Shown here in pieces: positions 36,801 to 46,362 of a DNA stretch of 55,713 nucleotides. The stretch lies in IMG/VR virus record IMGVR_UViG_3300037852_000225, positions 1-55,713 of that record; one strand, given 5' to 3'. The stretch comes from a virus. Lineage: Duplodnaviria; Caudoviricetes. The first letter of the stretch is position 1. The number at the start of each line of letters is the position of its first letter. Under the pieces are notes generated by a model. It had not been told where the DNA came from. It made no database searches and saw only the letters and a list, made by a program, of their open reading frames with translations. A program made the position numbers and the translations under genes.

Positions 36801-38793
36801 GGTAGCTAAATCTGTAAACGATTATTTTGATTCCATGTTCAAGACAGGAAATGATGCTGGTATTCTAAAAAGTCAATTAGAGGATTATATGACTCATATA
36901 GGAGTTAAAAAAGACAACCCTGTAGCTAATCAATTATTGACTGATATTATGTCTGGTAAAATAAATACATCTTTTAAATATGCAAAAGAGAGGACATATC
37001 AGACGTTTTTCGATTTGGAGCAAGCTGGGTATAGCGCCAGAACAAAAGATTTTGCCAATATCCTTGGGGTATATTCTCAATCGTTTAATAAAGCTCTTTA
37101 TTCAAGAGCATTTATAAAAAATGCAACCGATGGTAAGGCTTCTGATGGTCGTCCATTACTGGTTCAGGCAGGAATGGGTAAACAAATAGCCAATAAAGAC
37201 TACCCACTTGTGGGCGAACCGACAGAAGCTATGATGGTGAACCCATTTACTGCACCAGAAAAATATTCTGATTATAGACCGATAAATCATTTTGCATTGA
37301 GAGATTGGTATTGGGCAACGAAAGATGATGCAGGTAACCCTGTTTTTGCAAAAGGAGACTTACTTGTTCATCCAGAGGAGTATAAAAGGCTTGGTAATAT
37401 TCTTGGGCATTCAGCACTTAAGGATTATGCTGTAGGCAGGGCCGCAATGTGGGGCTCTAATATCGTTAAGCGTACAATATTTTCAGTATCTCCATTTTTC
37501 CATTACGTACAGGAAGGAACACATGCTATAGGTCACACAATAAACCCAATATCGGGACTGAAAGATGTAAATTTTAATGATGAAACGCAAGCTAACTTAC
37601 TTAAACATGGGCTGAAGTTGTATGATTATGATTCGCAATCATCTTTTACCGAAGGGCTATCTGCAAACAATTTATTAAAAAATCTTCCTATTTATAATAA
37701 AACGATTCTTCCAATCCAAGAACATTTGTTTAATAGCTACATTCCAAGACTTAAGATGCAGACAGCATTACATGCTTTGGATAGAAATATGAAAAGAAAT
37801 CAAAATGCTTTGGTAAATGATAAAATATCCGAAGATGCTATTTATAGGCAGACAGGAGAGCAAATTAATGCTGCTTATGGTCACCTTAATTATGATATGA
37901 TTGGAAGAAATAAAACGGCACAAGATGTATTCAGTATGCTTGCTCTTGCACCTGATTTTCTTGAAGCAAGAGCAAGATTTGTAGGTCAGGCATTTACAAA
38001 GCATGGAACAGAGCAGGCAAGGGCGTTGATGGTTCTCGCTGCTACAATGTATGTTACAGCCAGGATACTTAATAAATCTATCGACGGTGATTATCATTTT
38101 GAAGAACCATTTGCCGTTATTCATGGAGGACAGAAATACCGACTTAGGAGTGTTCCTGAAGATATTTGGGAAATGATACATGACCCCGGAAGATTTATGT
38201 ATAACAGAATTTCACCTTACTCACAGATTTTATTTGAAGGTGCAACAAAATTCGATCCTGTTCGTGGCAGACAGATTGATTACAGCGAATGGCTTAAAGA
38301 TGCAGCTACAACGCCTTTGCCGACCGCAGGTAAAGAATTTCTTCCAGATTCATGGAATAAATTCCCTTCAAAAGAGGGGCATGAAAAATTATGGAACACT
38401 TTTATAAATACTATTGGAGTCAGAGAAAGCAAAGCCTACACCCCTACCGAACATGATATTATAGATAAATTTTATAAAAGATTTCCAAAGGGAGAACCAA
38501 CTGAAAGCGCAGTTACAGAGAGTAAAATTTATAAAGCAAATGAGGCTGGGAATGATGATAAGGTTGATGAATTGATGCAGAAGTTATCTCCAGAACAGCA
38601 AAAGTCAGTTAAGAAAAATCTTGAATCAGGTAAATCTGTTTATGAATCCATGTTTCAAAGGCTTCCAAAAGAAGATAAAATAAAATTATTTCAAAATATG
38701 ACTGACGAAGAAAAGGAAAAGTATGATCCTAAAGGTAAAATTCAGAAACTAATTGATGAAGGTGATGATAATTCAGAGAAGGGTACACCATGA
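33817..38793 (+). CDS. Large polyvalent (putative ejected) protein: histidine phosphatase + zincin metallopeptidase + helical C-terminal region
   Basis: VVRHG...YSSDLMRGAQTA...LRSWDLG...GESF...VDHSN (about 34147-34605); ILHELFH...EHELIAE (HExxH at 35740-35754). Confidence 0.8.
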   Translation: MPGGFIDCLGKSGLSPAERNYVLAQQQLHIKSGLGEDEAAIESVKNLHHKTLDSLNQVYSDLKIKGYAVPKRSATKDDVVKAPGDSSKVGKGDEGQGAKPEEPAIPQTPGTTVVRHGTSVEDTQNVLSGQSQTPITEKSKAEEIPKLIQDLQDKGISPTKVYSSDLMRGAQTAAEVAKAFGAEHIQDPNLRSWDLGEFSKTGDEAFKPAQRFFVDNPDAKEFEGKKLGESFNEYKNRVIKARKNIPDDPANLVVDHSNNMAVNDAYEKNGKQWNDQAKEDYMSTKNAAPAELPDKTLIKDQPQAFKDFYDTFKNEINSVKNSEYDWRVNIPDMTQSEREAAVRDIDAGKQTKRAEKFLTALKEQHDDGNIQYTRGRGANVEKMSIPTAKWNEAEEYVVRDIGSGFIPMKDIGDLFEQEIKRNDYGKEKLPDVSESRSADTGHNETDAKAGPSTAGAGDEKRVPPDGKGKGNESKQQDRGNEPVSTNFRTKDEFELGLKKALKGPPSDPVVPKLDVSDEQIRYARRNSYPEYKKKYGGTQDEYNIVRAQKALAKVGDRGQGVTPPQYADPVKALQTIRAEHDDPLMNRAANFLEPIMKANPNIHIEDADLGGRVLGLSHPDGRIQVDFSAHGSMEDAHRTILHELFHAATRNEIEKNPAFRGEVRSMLEEIRKQMGLPKGNVGDVLIPELVRRDIIPADKYGTSNEHELIAEVFSNQKFRDMLADMKVPDEHKKNMLQRVYEGIVRYFNRQYDALKNLKDKISAPNMAEHLMQLTEGTVKGGKTEGEAFPKLKGADEEDAIANMVKRAPDSMTDQELKESIMKHSSLDEAKVDELIKARGLTPEVKLSHAIQDIAKNKKTLDAKIDAANKLTAQEKSDIAGSKVSSAISPIKKVFDKLKSTAIAVKDAYVNKPEWKSMDKAIGEYSYSKQKNDKEVMDMVNHLTKMIPDKGKREAISNWIEAGGDMNMLKERAEKSDAKHKGGYILAQHLTPSEIEVAKSVNDYFDSMFKTGNDAGILKSQLEDYMTHIGVKKDNPVANQLLTDIMSGKINTSFKYAKERTYQTFFDLEQAGYSARTKDFANILGVYSQSFNKALYSRAFIKNATDGKASDGRPLLVQAGMGKQIANKDYPLVGEPTEAMMVNPFTAPEKYSDYRPINHFALRDWYWATKDDAGNPVFAKGDLLVHPEEYKRLGNILGHSALKDYAVGRAAMWGSNIVKRTIFSVSPFFHYVQEGTHAIGHTINPISGLKDVNFNDETQANLLKHGLKLYDYDSQSSFTEGLSANNLLKNLPIYNKTILPIQEHLFNSYIPRLKMQTALHALDRNMKRNQNALVNDKISEDAIYRQTGEQINAAYGHLNYDMIGRNKTAQDVFSMLALAPDFLEARARFVGQAFTKHGTEQARALMVLAATMYVTARILNKSIDGDYHFEEPFAVIHGGQKYRLRSVPEDIWEMIHDPGRFMYNRISPYSQILFEGATKFDPVRGRQIDYSEWLKDAATTPLPTAGKEFLPDSWNKFPSKEGHEKLWNTFINTIGVRESKAYTPTEHDIIDKFYKRFPKGEPTESAVTESKIYKANEAGNDDKVDELMQKLSPEQQKSVKKNLESGKSVYESMFQRLPKEDKIKLFQNMTDEEKEKYDPKGKIQKLIDEGDDNSEKGTP

Positions 38794-39377
38794 GCTACCC
38801 AAAAAAAATGTTCAACGCCTGTGTCTTCAACCCGCTGACGGAGAACCCGATGCTACAGGAGTATCCAAGGCTGTCTGAAATAGTGGCTCCGGAATGGGCT
38901 GACGATCCTTATCTGGATAATCTTTTGCGTTTTGTTGTTATGGTATACGACCCTAAATCACCGCTTGTAATAAACGAGCGTGACCTTAATTACCGCAAAG
39001 GAATAGCCGCTGAACTGGCAATGTTTAATATGGAAGAAGAAGAGGTGTTGCAGTCGATTTATAACCAAAACCATCCATTTATTGCAGATTTAATAACTAA
39101 ATATTTAATGAGATTTGCTAAAAGTAAAGAATTTGCAGCTATTTGCGCAATAGATTTTAAATATTGGGAATCAATAAAAAGATTAATGATCCCAATTTCT
39201 GAAGGAAAAGACAAAGATGTGTTAAGTGCAGTTCAAATTAAAGCAGCTATTTCAGAAGAACTTGATAAAGATATTCAACGGTTGGATTCTTATACAAACA
39301 AATTTTTTGGAGAGGATACTGAATTAGTAAAGAAAAAAGGTAAGTTAACACCGGAATTAATGAGTAATATTAAATAA
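38790..39377 (+). CDS. Putative terminase small subunit
   Basis: 195-aa helical protein (YDPKSP) upstream of TerL; mainly a positional call. Confidence 0.45.
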   Translation: MSYPKKMFNACVFNPLTENPMLQEYPRLSEIVAPEWADDPYLDNLLRFVVMVYDPKSPLVINERDLNYRKGIAAELAMFNMEEEEVLQSIYNQNHPFIADLITKYLMRFAKSKEFAAICAIDFKYWESIKRLMIPISEGKDKDVLSAVQIKAAISEELDKDIQRLDSYTNKFFGEDTELVKKKGKLTPELMSNIK

Positions 39378-39379
39378 TT

Positions 39380-40201
39380 ATGATAACCAAGGTATGCAAG
39401 ATATGTAAAGTTGAAAAAGATATATCTGAATTTCATAAACAATCTAACCGACCATGGTATGAACCATATTGCAGACCTTGCGATAAGGAACGTAGAAGAG
39501 AATATAGGCTTAAAAATAAGGTAAAAATAGCAGCTGTACTAAAAAAGTGGCATGAGGATAACCGAGATATACAAAATGCTAAAAATAAAGCCAATTATCA
39601 TAAAAATAAAGAAGCAATTTGTGCAAAAAATAGAGAAGATAAGAAAGATAAATGGCCTGAAATATATAAAAGTAGAGCAGGATACCGAGAACGTACAAAA
39701 GAATACGCATCTGCATGGCAAAAGGAATATAGAAAAAAGAATAAGCAAAAACTCTCTGAATTAAATAAAAAATACAGAATTGAAAATGCAGAAATTTTAA
39801 AAATTAAAAGTAGAAGTTGGCTTGATAAAAATAAAGTTTTGGTTAGAGAAAGTAAAAAGAAGTATAAAAAAATGAAGATTGCTACAGATCCTGGTTATAA
39901 AATTAAATGTTTATTGCGAGGGCGTATATATAAAGCAATCAGAGGCTTAGATAAAAGGGAATCTACTTTAACTTTATTAGGGTGTTCTGTTGATTATTTC
40001 AAATCTTATTTCGAGTCTTTATTTACAGAAGGCATGAATTGGGATAAATTTATGAACGGAGAAATTCATATGGATCACATTAGACCGTGTGCTTCATTTG
40101 ATTTAACGATAGAGGAAGAGCAAAGGAAATGTTTTAATTATACTAATATTCAACCTTTGTGGGCTATGGATAATTTCATAAAAAGTAAAAAAATAGTTTA
40201 A
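39380..40201 (+). CDS. HNH endonuclease with Zn ribbon and long basic helical region
   Basis: KVCKICKVEK...CRPC; LLGCS...GMNWD...HMDHIRPCASFDL...FNYTNIQPLWAMDNFIK. Confidence 0.88.
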   Translation: MITKVCKICKVEKDISEFHKQSNRPWYEPYCRPCDKERRREYRLKNKVKIAAVLKKWHEDNRDIQNAKNKANYHKNKEAICAKNREDKKDKWPEIYKSRAGYRERTKEYASAWQKEYRKKNKQKLSELNKKYRIENAEILKIKSRSWLDKNKVLVRESKKKYKKMKIATDPGYKIKCLLRGRIYKAIRGLDKRESTLTLLGCSVDYFKSYFESLFTEGMNWDKFMNGEIHMDHIRPCASFDLTIEEEQRKCFNYTNIQPLWAMDNFIKSKKIV

Positions 40202-42246
40202 TGTTTTATCCGATTAAAGATGGCTCTGTTGAGCATGTGAACGAGTACAAATGTCAATTACCCACTGTTGGGTACGGGAAAAACCGGCTTACAGGTGAAC
40301 TTGAATATGTTGGCGTTATCAAGCGGTCTAATAAAAAAGAAGAACAATACTGGGAACGAATTGCACTTCCGAAAGATTGGGATAAAAAAGAGAAACTGGA
40401 AATGGAAATGCAGAAAGGTGATGCCAATTATTACGATCCAGAACTTGAAAAAATTCGTGAAAAGCATTGGAGATATAGGTTGTGCGGGTTATGGGTTATG
40501 ATTAACGGAGTTGCTACTTATATTCCATGCTCATTTTACTTTTACCTTAACTGGTGTCCGCTGGATATTGGCTATCCTGATTACTGGGAGAGTGACAGAA
40601 GGTTTTTTTATGTATGGGAATATTGCGTTGAAGATCCATATTGCGGCGGAATGATTGATATCGAAGGTCGTCGTTCAGGTAAGACGTTTAAAGCCGGGTC
40701 AATACTGCTTGATAGAGCTTCACTGTTTAAAAATCATCATGCAGGTATTCAGTCGAAAACGACCGTAGATTGTAAAGGTATATTTCAAAAGACAATAATT
40801 TCTTTCTTTAAAAAACTACCTTCTTTTTTCCGCCCTGTTTTCGATGAATCTCAAGGAGTGACCCCAAAATCTGAATTAAGATTTTTCAAAACAAATATTA
40901 AAGGAAGAAAAGCATTAAATATTTTAGGAGGTGTTGAGCTTGAATCTTGGATTGATTTCGGATCACATGAACCTTTATATTATGATGGTACAAAACTTAA
41001 TACCTATTTCATGGATGAGTATGGTAAAACAGAAGAATCTTCTGTCTGGGATAGATGGGAGTGTGTAAAATTTTGTTTAATGGATAAAGGGAAGTGGATT
41101 GGTAAAGCAATCCTTACCAGTACGATTGAGGAACAGGATAACCGGATGGATGACCCGAAAAAACTTTGGGAATATTCCGATCCTGAAGATAAAAATGCTA
41201 ATGGAAGAACAAAATCAGGATTATATAGATATTTTGTCCCATCGTATGAAAGGCCAATGATGAATGGAGATGAAAAGCTATACGATAATTTTGGCAAGCC
41301 TGATAAAGAAAAAACAATTCAATATATTTTGAATGAAAGAGAGGGCGTTCGGGACGATCCGCGTTCTTTATCAGCGTTAATCCGTAAGATGCCTATGAGC
41401 ATTGTTGAAGCCTTCAGAATAAATGCTGCCACCTGTTTATATGACGATATCAAACTAAATGACCAACTTGACCGAATTTCATGGAAAGATAATCTAACTG
41501 AAAAAGGATCATTTGCTTGGAAAGATGGTGAGCCATTTACTGAAATAGTATGGGAAAAATCAAAAACAGGTAGATTTGAGATGTGTAGTGCCTTTGTAAT
41601 GAAGGATGCAAACAAAGTGCTTAAGCAAAATGAACGGTATACTCCTAATAATAATTTAGCATTTGCAGCCGGCGTTGACCCTTTCAAGTATGATAAAGTG
41701 GCTGATAATCGTAGATCAGATTGCGCAGCTTTCATTTATAAAAAAAGAGACAGCGGAGATCCGAATAATATTTTTAATGATGCTTTTGTATGTAAGTACA
41801 CATACCGTGCACCTACAACGGCTATTCAATATGATGATATTATCAAAATGCTTTGGTTCTTCGGATGTCAGGCACTTTTTGAGCGCAACGTGGATTCATT
41901 TAAAGAATATTTTAAAGCTAAAAATTGCCAGAATTTTTTAATGTGGCTCCCCGGAGAGACAGAGCCGGGTCTGTACTCTGATGGTCATGGGAACATGATT
42001 CAATCATTAAGTGATTACACAGAAGCATATATCAATGAGTTTATTGAAAAAGTTTTTTTTAAAGACCTGATTAAAGATTGGCTCGAATTTGATGTTGGTA
42101 AGACTACCAAATTTGACCGGGCTATTGGGGCTGGTATGGCCCTTATTGCAACCAAAAGGCATCAACCGAAACAATATCAGAAAAAATCCAATGAAGTCAC
42201 CGATTACTTTAAAGTATACCGTTTAATAGGAGGGAATGCCGTATGA
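40201..42246 (+). CDS. terL: Terminase large subunit
   Basis: Walker A GRRSGKT, Walker B FMDEYGK, TST motif III, nuclease AGVDPF...FERN...KFD. Confidence 0.92.
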   Translation: MFYPIKDGSVEHVNEYKCQLPTVGYGKNRLTGELEYVGVIKRSNKKEEQYWERIALPKDWDKKEKLEMEMQKGDANYYDPELEKIREKHWRYRLCGLWVMINGVATYIPCSFYFYLNWCPLDIGYPDYWESDRRFFYVWEYCVEDPYCGGMIDIEGRRSGKTFKAGSILLDRASLFKNHHAGIQSKTTVDCKGIFQKTIISFFKKLPSFFRPVFDESQGVTPKSELRFFKTNIKGRKALNILGGVELESWIDFGSHEPLYYDGTKLNTYFMDEYGKTEESSVWDRWECVKFCLMDKGKWIGKAILTSTIEEQDNRMDDPKKLWEYSDPEDKNANGRTKSGLYRYFVPSYERPMMNGDEKLYDNFGKPDKEKTIQYILNEREGVRDDPRSLSALIRKMPMSIVEAFRINAATCLYDDIKLNDQLDRISWKDNLTEKGSFAWKDGEPFTEIVWEKSKTGRFEMCSAFVMKDANKVLKQNERYTPNNNLAFAAGVDPFKYDKVADNRRSDCAAFIYKKRDSGDPNNIFNDAFVCKYTYRAPTTAIQYDDIIKMLWFFGCQALFERNVDSFKEYFKAKNCQNFLMWLPGETEPGLYSDGHGNMIQSLSDYTEAYINEFIEKVFFKDLIKDWLEFDVGKTTKFDRAIGAGMALIATKRHQPKQYQKKSNEVTDYFKVYRLIGGNAV

Positions 42247-44561
42247 CATCAACGCAAAATAACTATGACGAACAGGGGCCGTGGTTTTTCCCACGGCATG
42301 ATATCGATCCAAAAGACAAGGACGAAGCATGGGCCCGGTCCTATGCCTGGGCGGCATGGCATGATTTTACGGCGGCGGTTCCAAAGTCGGTATTCTATAA
42401 TTCGTATGACAAATATGAGCAGTACAGGCTGTATGCTTTAAGTAAGCAGCCGATCAATGTTTACAGGGAACTGATGGGAATTGACGAGGAGCAGAAAGAT
42501 ACGTTTATGCCGATAGACTGGACGGCGCCAGCTTTTGTAAGTAAATATAGGAGTATTGCTATTTCAAGGTTGGTACAGCAGGAATATGGAATTGTCTGCA
42601 CACCCATTGATCCCACTGCCAAAGGAGAACTGGCTAAACTGTATGCAAAACTGAAAGCTAAAATTGCTGTGCGCCAGATGATGCAGCAGCAGAATCCTGA
42701 ACTGGCGCAGCATCCGGCAGTGCAACCCGCTGGTAATGAGCCATGGGATGAAGAGGAACTGCAAATGCGAATAGATTTTGGGGAACAGTTTAACCGGGCA
42801 AAGGATGCGGAAGAAGCTATTGCATTGGCATTTTACGAGAATGGTGTCAAAGAGGTTAGAAAAAAATGGTTTGAAGATTTCTTCGACTGCGGAGTAGCTG
42901 GGTATTATGAAGGACTGGACGATCACAGTAGGCCATACTTCCGGTTTATAGACCCAGAATGTATTGTCACCAATTACTGCAAGTTCAAAGACTTCCGTGA
43001 CTTGCAACATGCGGGAGAAGTGATTGACGTTTCGATAACTGACCTTGCCACCAAAACAAAGTCAGACGGGACGCCTATCTTCACAGACGAACAATTACTC
43101 GACCTTGGGACAAATGTAGCCGGCAAATGGAATAATCCTTCATTTGTCAGTCGGAGCACATCTTACTATAAAGGCTATGACCATTTTAAATGCAAGGTGC
43201 TGCAACTTGAATTTTTCTCATACAATGATATCGTATGGAAGGATTCTACCAACTGGAATGGGAATATCACTTTTAAAGAGTCAAAGTATAGCAATCTAAA
43301 CAGAGATGTGCCAAATACTGAAAAAAATACAAAATATACCAGTAAAAAAATAAAGGTCGTATACAAAATAAACTGGGTAGTGGGAACTAATTATTCCTAT
43401 GGATTCGAGCTTAAAAAGAATCAAAAAAGGTCAGTCAACCCAAAGAAAATGGGGGAAACGGAGTTGTCATACCGCTTTTATGCCCCTAATTTCTACCAGA
43501 TGAGAGCCCAGGGACAGATGGAGAAACTGATTCCATTTATCGACCAGTGCTGCCTTACCTGGTACAGGATACAGAATTTCAAAGCCAGAATGGTCCCTTC
43601 AGGATGGTGGATAGACCTCGCTGCATTGGAGCAGGTGGCTCTAAGCAAAGGAGGAGAGAACATGACATCCAAACAGCTTATTAATATGTTCTTCCAGTCC
43701 GGGATTTTGGCTGGCCGTTCGGATCTCATGGGAGACATTAATAATCCGAATTACAAACCTATTATCCCAATAGAAAACAGTGTTGCACAGGAACTTGCCG
43801 GACTATATCAAGATTTGGAGATGAATATCAATAAGATTGAAGGGATATGCGGTTTTAATGCTGTGACCATGGGGGGTGACACCAGAAGGACGCCTGTGCC
43901 AGGGGTTGAAAGCGCCAATGTATCGACCGACAACGCGCTATTCGAGATGGCAAATGGAGAGAGGTTTTTGCTTGAAAAACTTGCCGAAGATATGGTAAAA
44001 CGCATACAGCAGTCTGTTAAACTGACTGGGTATGAAGGATACGCGCCTGCCTTGAATAAGAGCACATTGCAATTTATATCCGTTTCAAAAGACCTTCCAC
44101 TTCGGGATTATGGAATAATGACTGAAGAGCGTCCGACTGATAATGAAAGACAATTCCTGATTCAAAATTCCCAGCAGGACCGGGCAGCGGGGTTCCTTGA
44201 TACATCGGATATGATGATACTGCTTAATACGTATAATTTCAAGCAGGCCCAGGAAATGATAGCCCTAAAGGTTAAGAAAAATAAGCAGGCCCAGGCAGCG
44301 GAAAAACAGGCAATTACCGCCCAGACCATTCAAGGGCAACAGCAATCGGCGCAGGTATCCGGTCAGATTCAAATGCAGCTTGAGCAAATGAAAGAACAAT
44401 CCGCCATGGAACTGGCGAATGTTACTGGTAGGTTTAACACCATCATAGCCGAGATAAAAGCGAAACAACTCGCCCAAGCAGCGGAATGGAAAACACAGAT
44501 GGAGCTTATTCAGCATATTATTCCACCGGCACAACAGTCTGAACAGGCGGCAGCACAATGA
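42243..44561 (+). CDS. Portal protein (crAss-like)
   Basis: 772 aa directly after TerL; LYALSKQPI, HAGEV, FFQSGI, ICGFN, C-terminal Gln-rich barrel helix. Confidence 0.85.
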   Translation: MTSTQNNYDEQGPWFFPRHDIDPKDKDEAWARSYAWAAWHDFTAAVPKSVFYNSYDKYEQYRLYALSKQPINVYRELMGIDEEQKDTFMPIDWTAPAFVSKYRSIAISRLVQQEYGIVCTPIDPTAKGELAKLYAKLKAKIAVRQMMQQQNPELAQHPAVQPAGNEPWDEEELQMRIDFGEQFNRAKDAEEAIALAFYENGVKEVRKKWFEDFFDCGVAGYYEGLDDHSRPYFRFIDPECIVTNYCKFKDFRDLQHAGEVIDVSITDLATKTKSDGTPIFTDEQLLDLGTNVAGKWNNPSFVSRSTSYYKGYDHFKCKVLQLEFFSYNDIVWKDSTNWNGNITFKESKYSNLNRDVPNTEKNTKYTSKKIKVVYKINWVVGTNYSYGFELKKNQKRSVNPKKMGETELSYRFYAPNFYQMRAQGQMEKLIPFIDQCCLTWYRIQNFKARMVPSGWWIDLAALEQVALSKGGENMTSKQLINMFFQSGILAGRSDLMGDINNPNYKPIIPIENSVAQELAGLYQDLEMNINKIEGICGFNAVTMGGDTRRTPVPGVESANVSTDNALFEMANGERFLLEKLAEDMVKRIQQSVKLTGYEGYAPALNKSTLQFISVSKDLPLRDYGIMTEERPTDNERQFLIQNSQQDRAAGFLDTSDMMILLNTYNFKQAQEMIALKVKKNKQAQAAEKQAITAQTIQGQQQSAQVSGQIQMQLEQMKEQSAMELANVTGRFNTIIAEIKAKQLAQAAEWKTQMELIQHIIPPAQQSEQAAAQ

Positions 44562-44782
44562 TAACACATCCAGCCATATCAAGAAGCAAAAAACCAACTT
44601 ATCCGGCGGACCATAAACCAGCAATGGAGGTCCCGAGGGGAGGTTCCTGCTGCGCGAACTGCCGCTTCTGGGACGGGGAAGATTGCGAGAACGGACACTA
44701 TAGAAAATGGAATAATGGAAGTGGCGATATACCAACCGATCCAGATAAATTTTGTTCTGACTGGTACGAACCTAAAAAATAA
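44558..44782 (+). CDS. Small Cys-rich metal-binding protein
   Basis: CCANCRFW...C...FCSDWY. Confidence 0.6.
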   Translation: MITHPAISRSKKPTYPADHKPAMEVPRGGSCCANCRFWDGEDCENGHYRKWNNGSGDIPTDPDKFCSDWYEPKK

Positions 44783-44788
44783 ATTTTT

Positions 44789-44854
44789 AAAAAAAGCCCA
44801 GTGTCCCTGGGCTATGGCCCGAATTAACGGGTAAAAGTCCAGGTTCCCGCTGGA
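44789..44854 (-). other. Three consecutive hairpins; the leftmost is a terminator-like stem on the minus strand
   Basis: AGCCCAG/CTGGGCT, GCCCG/CGGGT and TCCAG/CTGGA stems; A-run at 44789-44795. Confidence 0.45.
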
Positions 44855-44918
44855 GCGTCGGTAAAGTGAATATAAAGAATTTTATTTTTTATTCAAAATA
44901 TTATTTAACTTTACTTCT

Positions 44919-45206
44919 GTGCCATGTTATTACAAAAGAGTTGATGCCGAACAATTTGTACTCACAAGTGCGAATAAACAAGGTATCCTCCGTGGAGAAA
45001 ATATACAATTTCAATCGACCCCGGTAAAGCATGACAGCGGAAGATTTTTTGTAATGATACACCATAAAGAGGCGTTTGTGAAAGTGGAAGAAGGACAATG
45101 GCTTGTAAAACATGATAACGGTATTTGGGAGACAGTTTATCCCGACAGGTTTAAAGATAAATTCGTTTCCGAAGACGTTGTAAACCAAAACATCGAAGAT
45201 GCCTGA
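44919..45206 (+). CDS. Hypothetical phage protein
   Basis: VDAEQF...GQWLVKHDNG...PDRFKDKF resembles a widespread small phage family; GTG start. Confidence 0.55.
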   Translation: MPCYYKRVDAEQFVLTSANKQGILRGENIQFQSTPVKHDSGRFFVMIHHKEAFVKVEEGQWLVKHDNGIWETVYPDRFKDKFVSEDVVNQNIEDA

Positions 45207-46326
45207 AGACGTAGCAACATTAGAAGCCCCAGCCAAAGAGACAGCAGAGCAAGAACAGCCGAATATAGCGGCTATTATTGCAAAACAAGGGGTTCAGACA
45301 ACAAAGGATAATACGGTAGATATACCGGATATTAAGATAAAAAAAGAGGAACCGGCAACGGCCCAAAAGCAAGAGGAACCTAAGACTGAGGCAGTCCCAA
45401 AAGAAACTCCTGCTCCCGAGCAAAAACCGATCTCTCAAGCACAGCCAGAGCAGCCGAAGCAGGCCGTACAACCTGAAGAAGCCAACTGGCAAGAAGTTCT
45501 CAAAAAACAACCGGAAATCGAAATTCTGAAGGCAATAGGGCTGGATGAGAAGATGGCCGGGTTGATTCAAAAGTGGAAATCAGGAGGGGATGTAACAGCT
45601 TATTTAAAAGAAGCCGCTACAGATTATTCAAAGATGACAGGTGAACAGTTGATGAGGCATCAGCTTAAATCTGATTATCCGGAGTTATCTGACGAAGACT
45701 TCGAGGAGCTTTACGAATCCAAGGTGACCGACACCTACAAACTCGACCCCAACATGTATTCTGAAAAAGATGTTAAAAGGGGTAAGATTTTGCTGAATGC
45801 GGATACCAAAAAGATTCGTGATGCACTTGTAGAAAAACAGAAGCAGTACATTCTTGATTCGAAGCCTCCTGAAGTAAAACCTGACCCTGCCATTGCGCAG
45901 GCAGAAGCCGCCTTGAAGCAATCCATTGAGAATTATCAAAAAGAGATTAAGGGGAGCAGTATATATAATGGTATCACAAAGGATAAAAAGCTGTCCATTG
46001 AAATCGAAGGTCAGAAGTTTAACTGGGAGATACCAGATATTAATAAGTATGAAGGGGTTATGTTTGACACCAAGAAATGGGGTGAAGCTATGCTGACAGA
46101 AAAGGGGGAATGGGACCATGAGCAGCAGGCAGTCCTTGGTGCAGTAGCCACAGATTGGAAAGGATTCCTTAATTCACTTGCGAAATTCTACATCGATATT
46201 GGCAAAAAACAGACCGCAGATTTAATTGAAAATGCCAAGCTGCCAGGAGACACAACAGCGAAACCTGAAGCAAAATCTACACCAGTAGCAGCCCTCGCCA
46301 AATCAGGAAACATCGTTTCCGGTTAG
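45199..46326 (+). CDS. Putative capsid scaffolding protein
   Basis: Acidic low-complexity N-terminus, TDYSKM...YPELSDED, helical; directly before the MCP. Confidence 0.7.
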   Translation: MPEDVATLEAPAKETAEQEQPNIAAIIAKQGVQTTKDNTVDIPDIKIKKEEPATAQKQEEPKTEAVPKETPAPEQKPISQAQPEQPKQAVQPEEANWQEVLKKQPEIEILKAIGLDEKMAGLIQKWKSGGDVTAYLKEAATDYSKMTGEQLMRHQLKSDYPELSDEDFEELYESKVTDTYKLDPNMYSEKDVKRGKILLNADTKKIRDALVEKQKQYILDSKPPEVKPDPAIAQAEAALKQSIENYQKEIKGSSIYNGITKDKKLSIEIEGQKFNWEIPDINKYEGVMFDTKKWGEAMLTEKGEWDHEQQAVLGAVATDWKGFLNSLAKFYIDIGKKQTADLIENAKLPGDTTAKPEAKSTPVAALAKSGNIVSG

Positions 46327-46362
46327 TAAACATATATTACTAACCCGTTAAATTCTTACAAA

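Noticed and set aside
39380-42246. Group I intron or intein in terL
   Set aside because: TerL is a single 681-aa ORF with all motifs in order; the HNH gene is free-standing upstream
44789-44870. tRNA or hammerhead ribozyme
   Set aside because: No acceptor stem or T-loop GTTCRA, and no CUGAUGA/GAAA core
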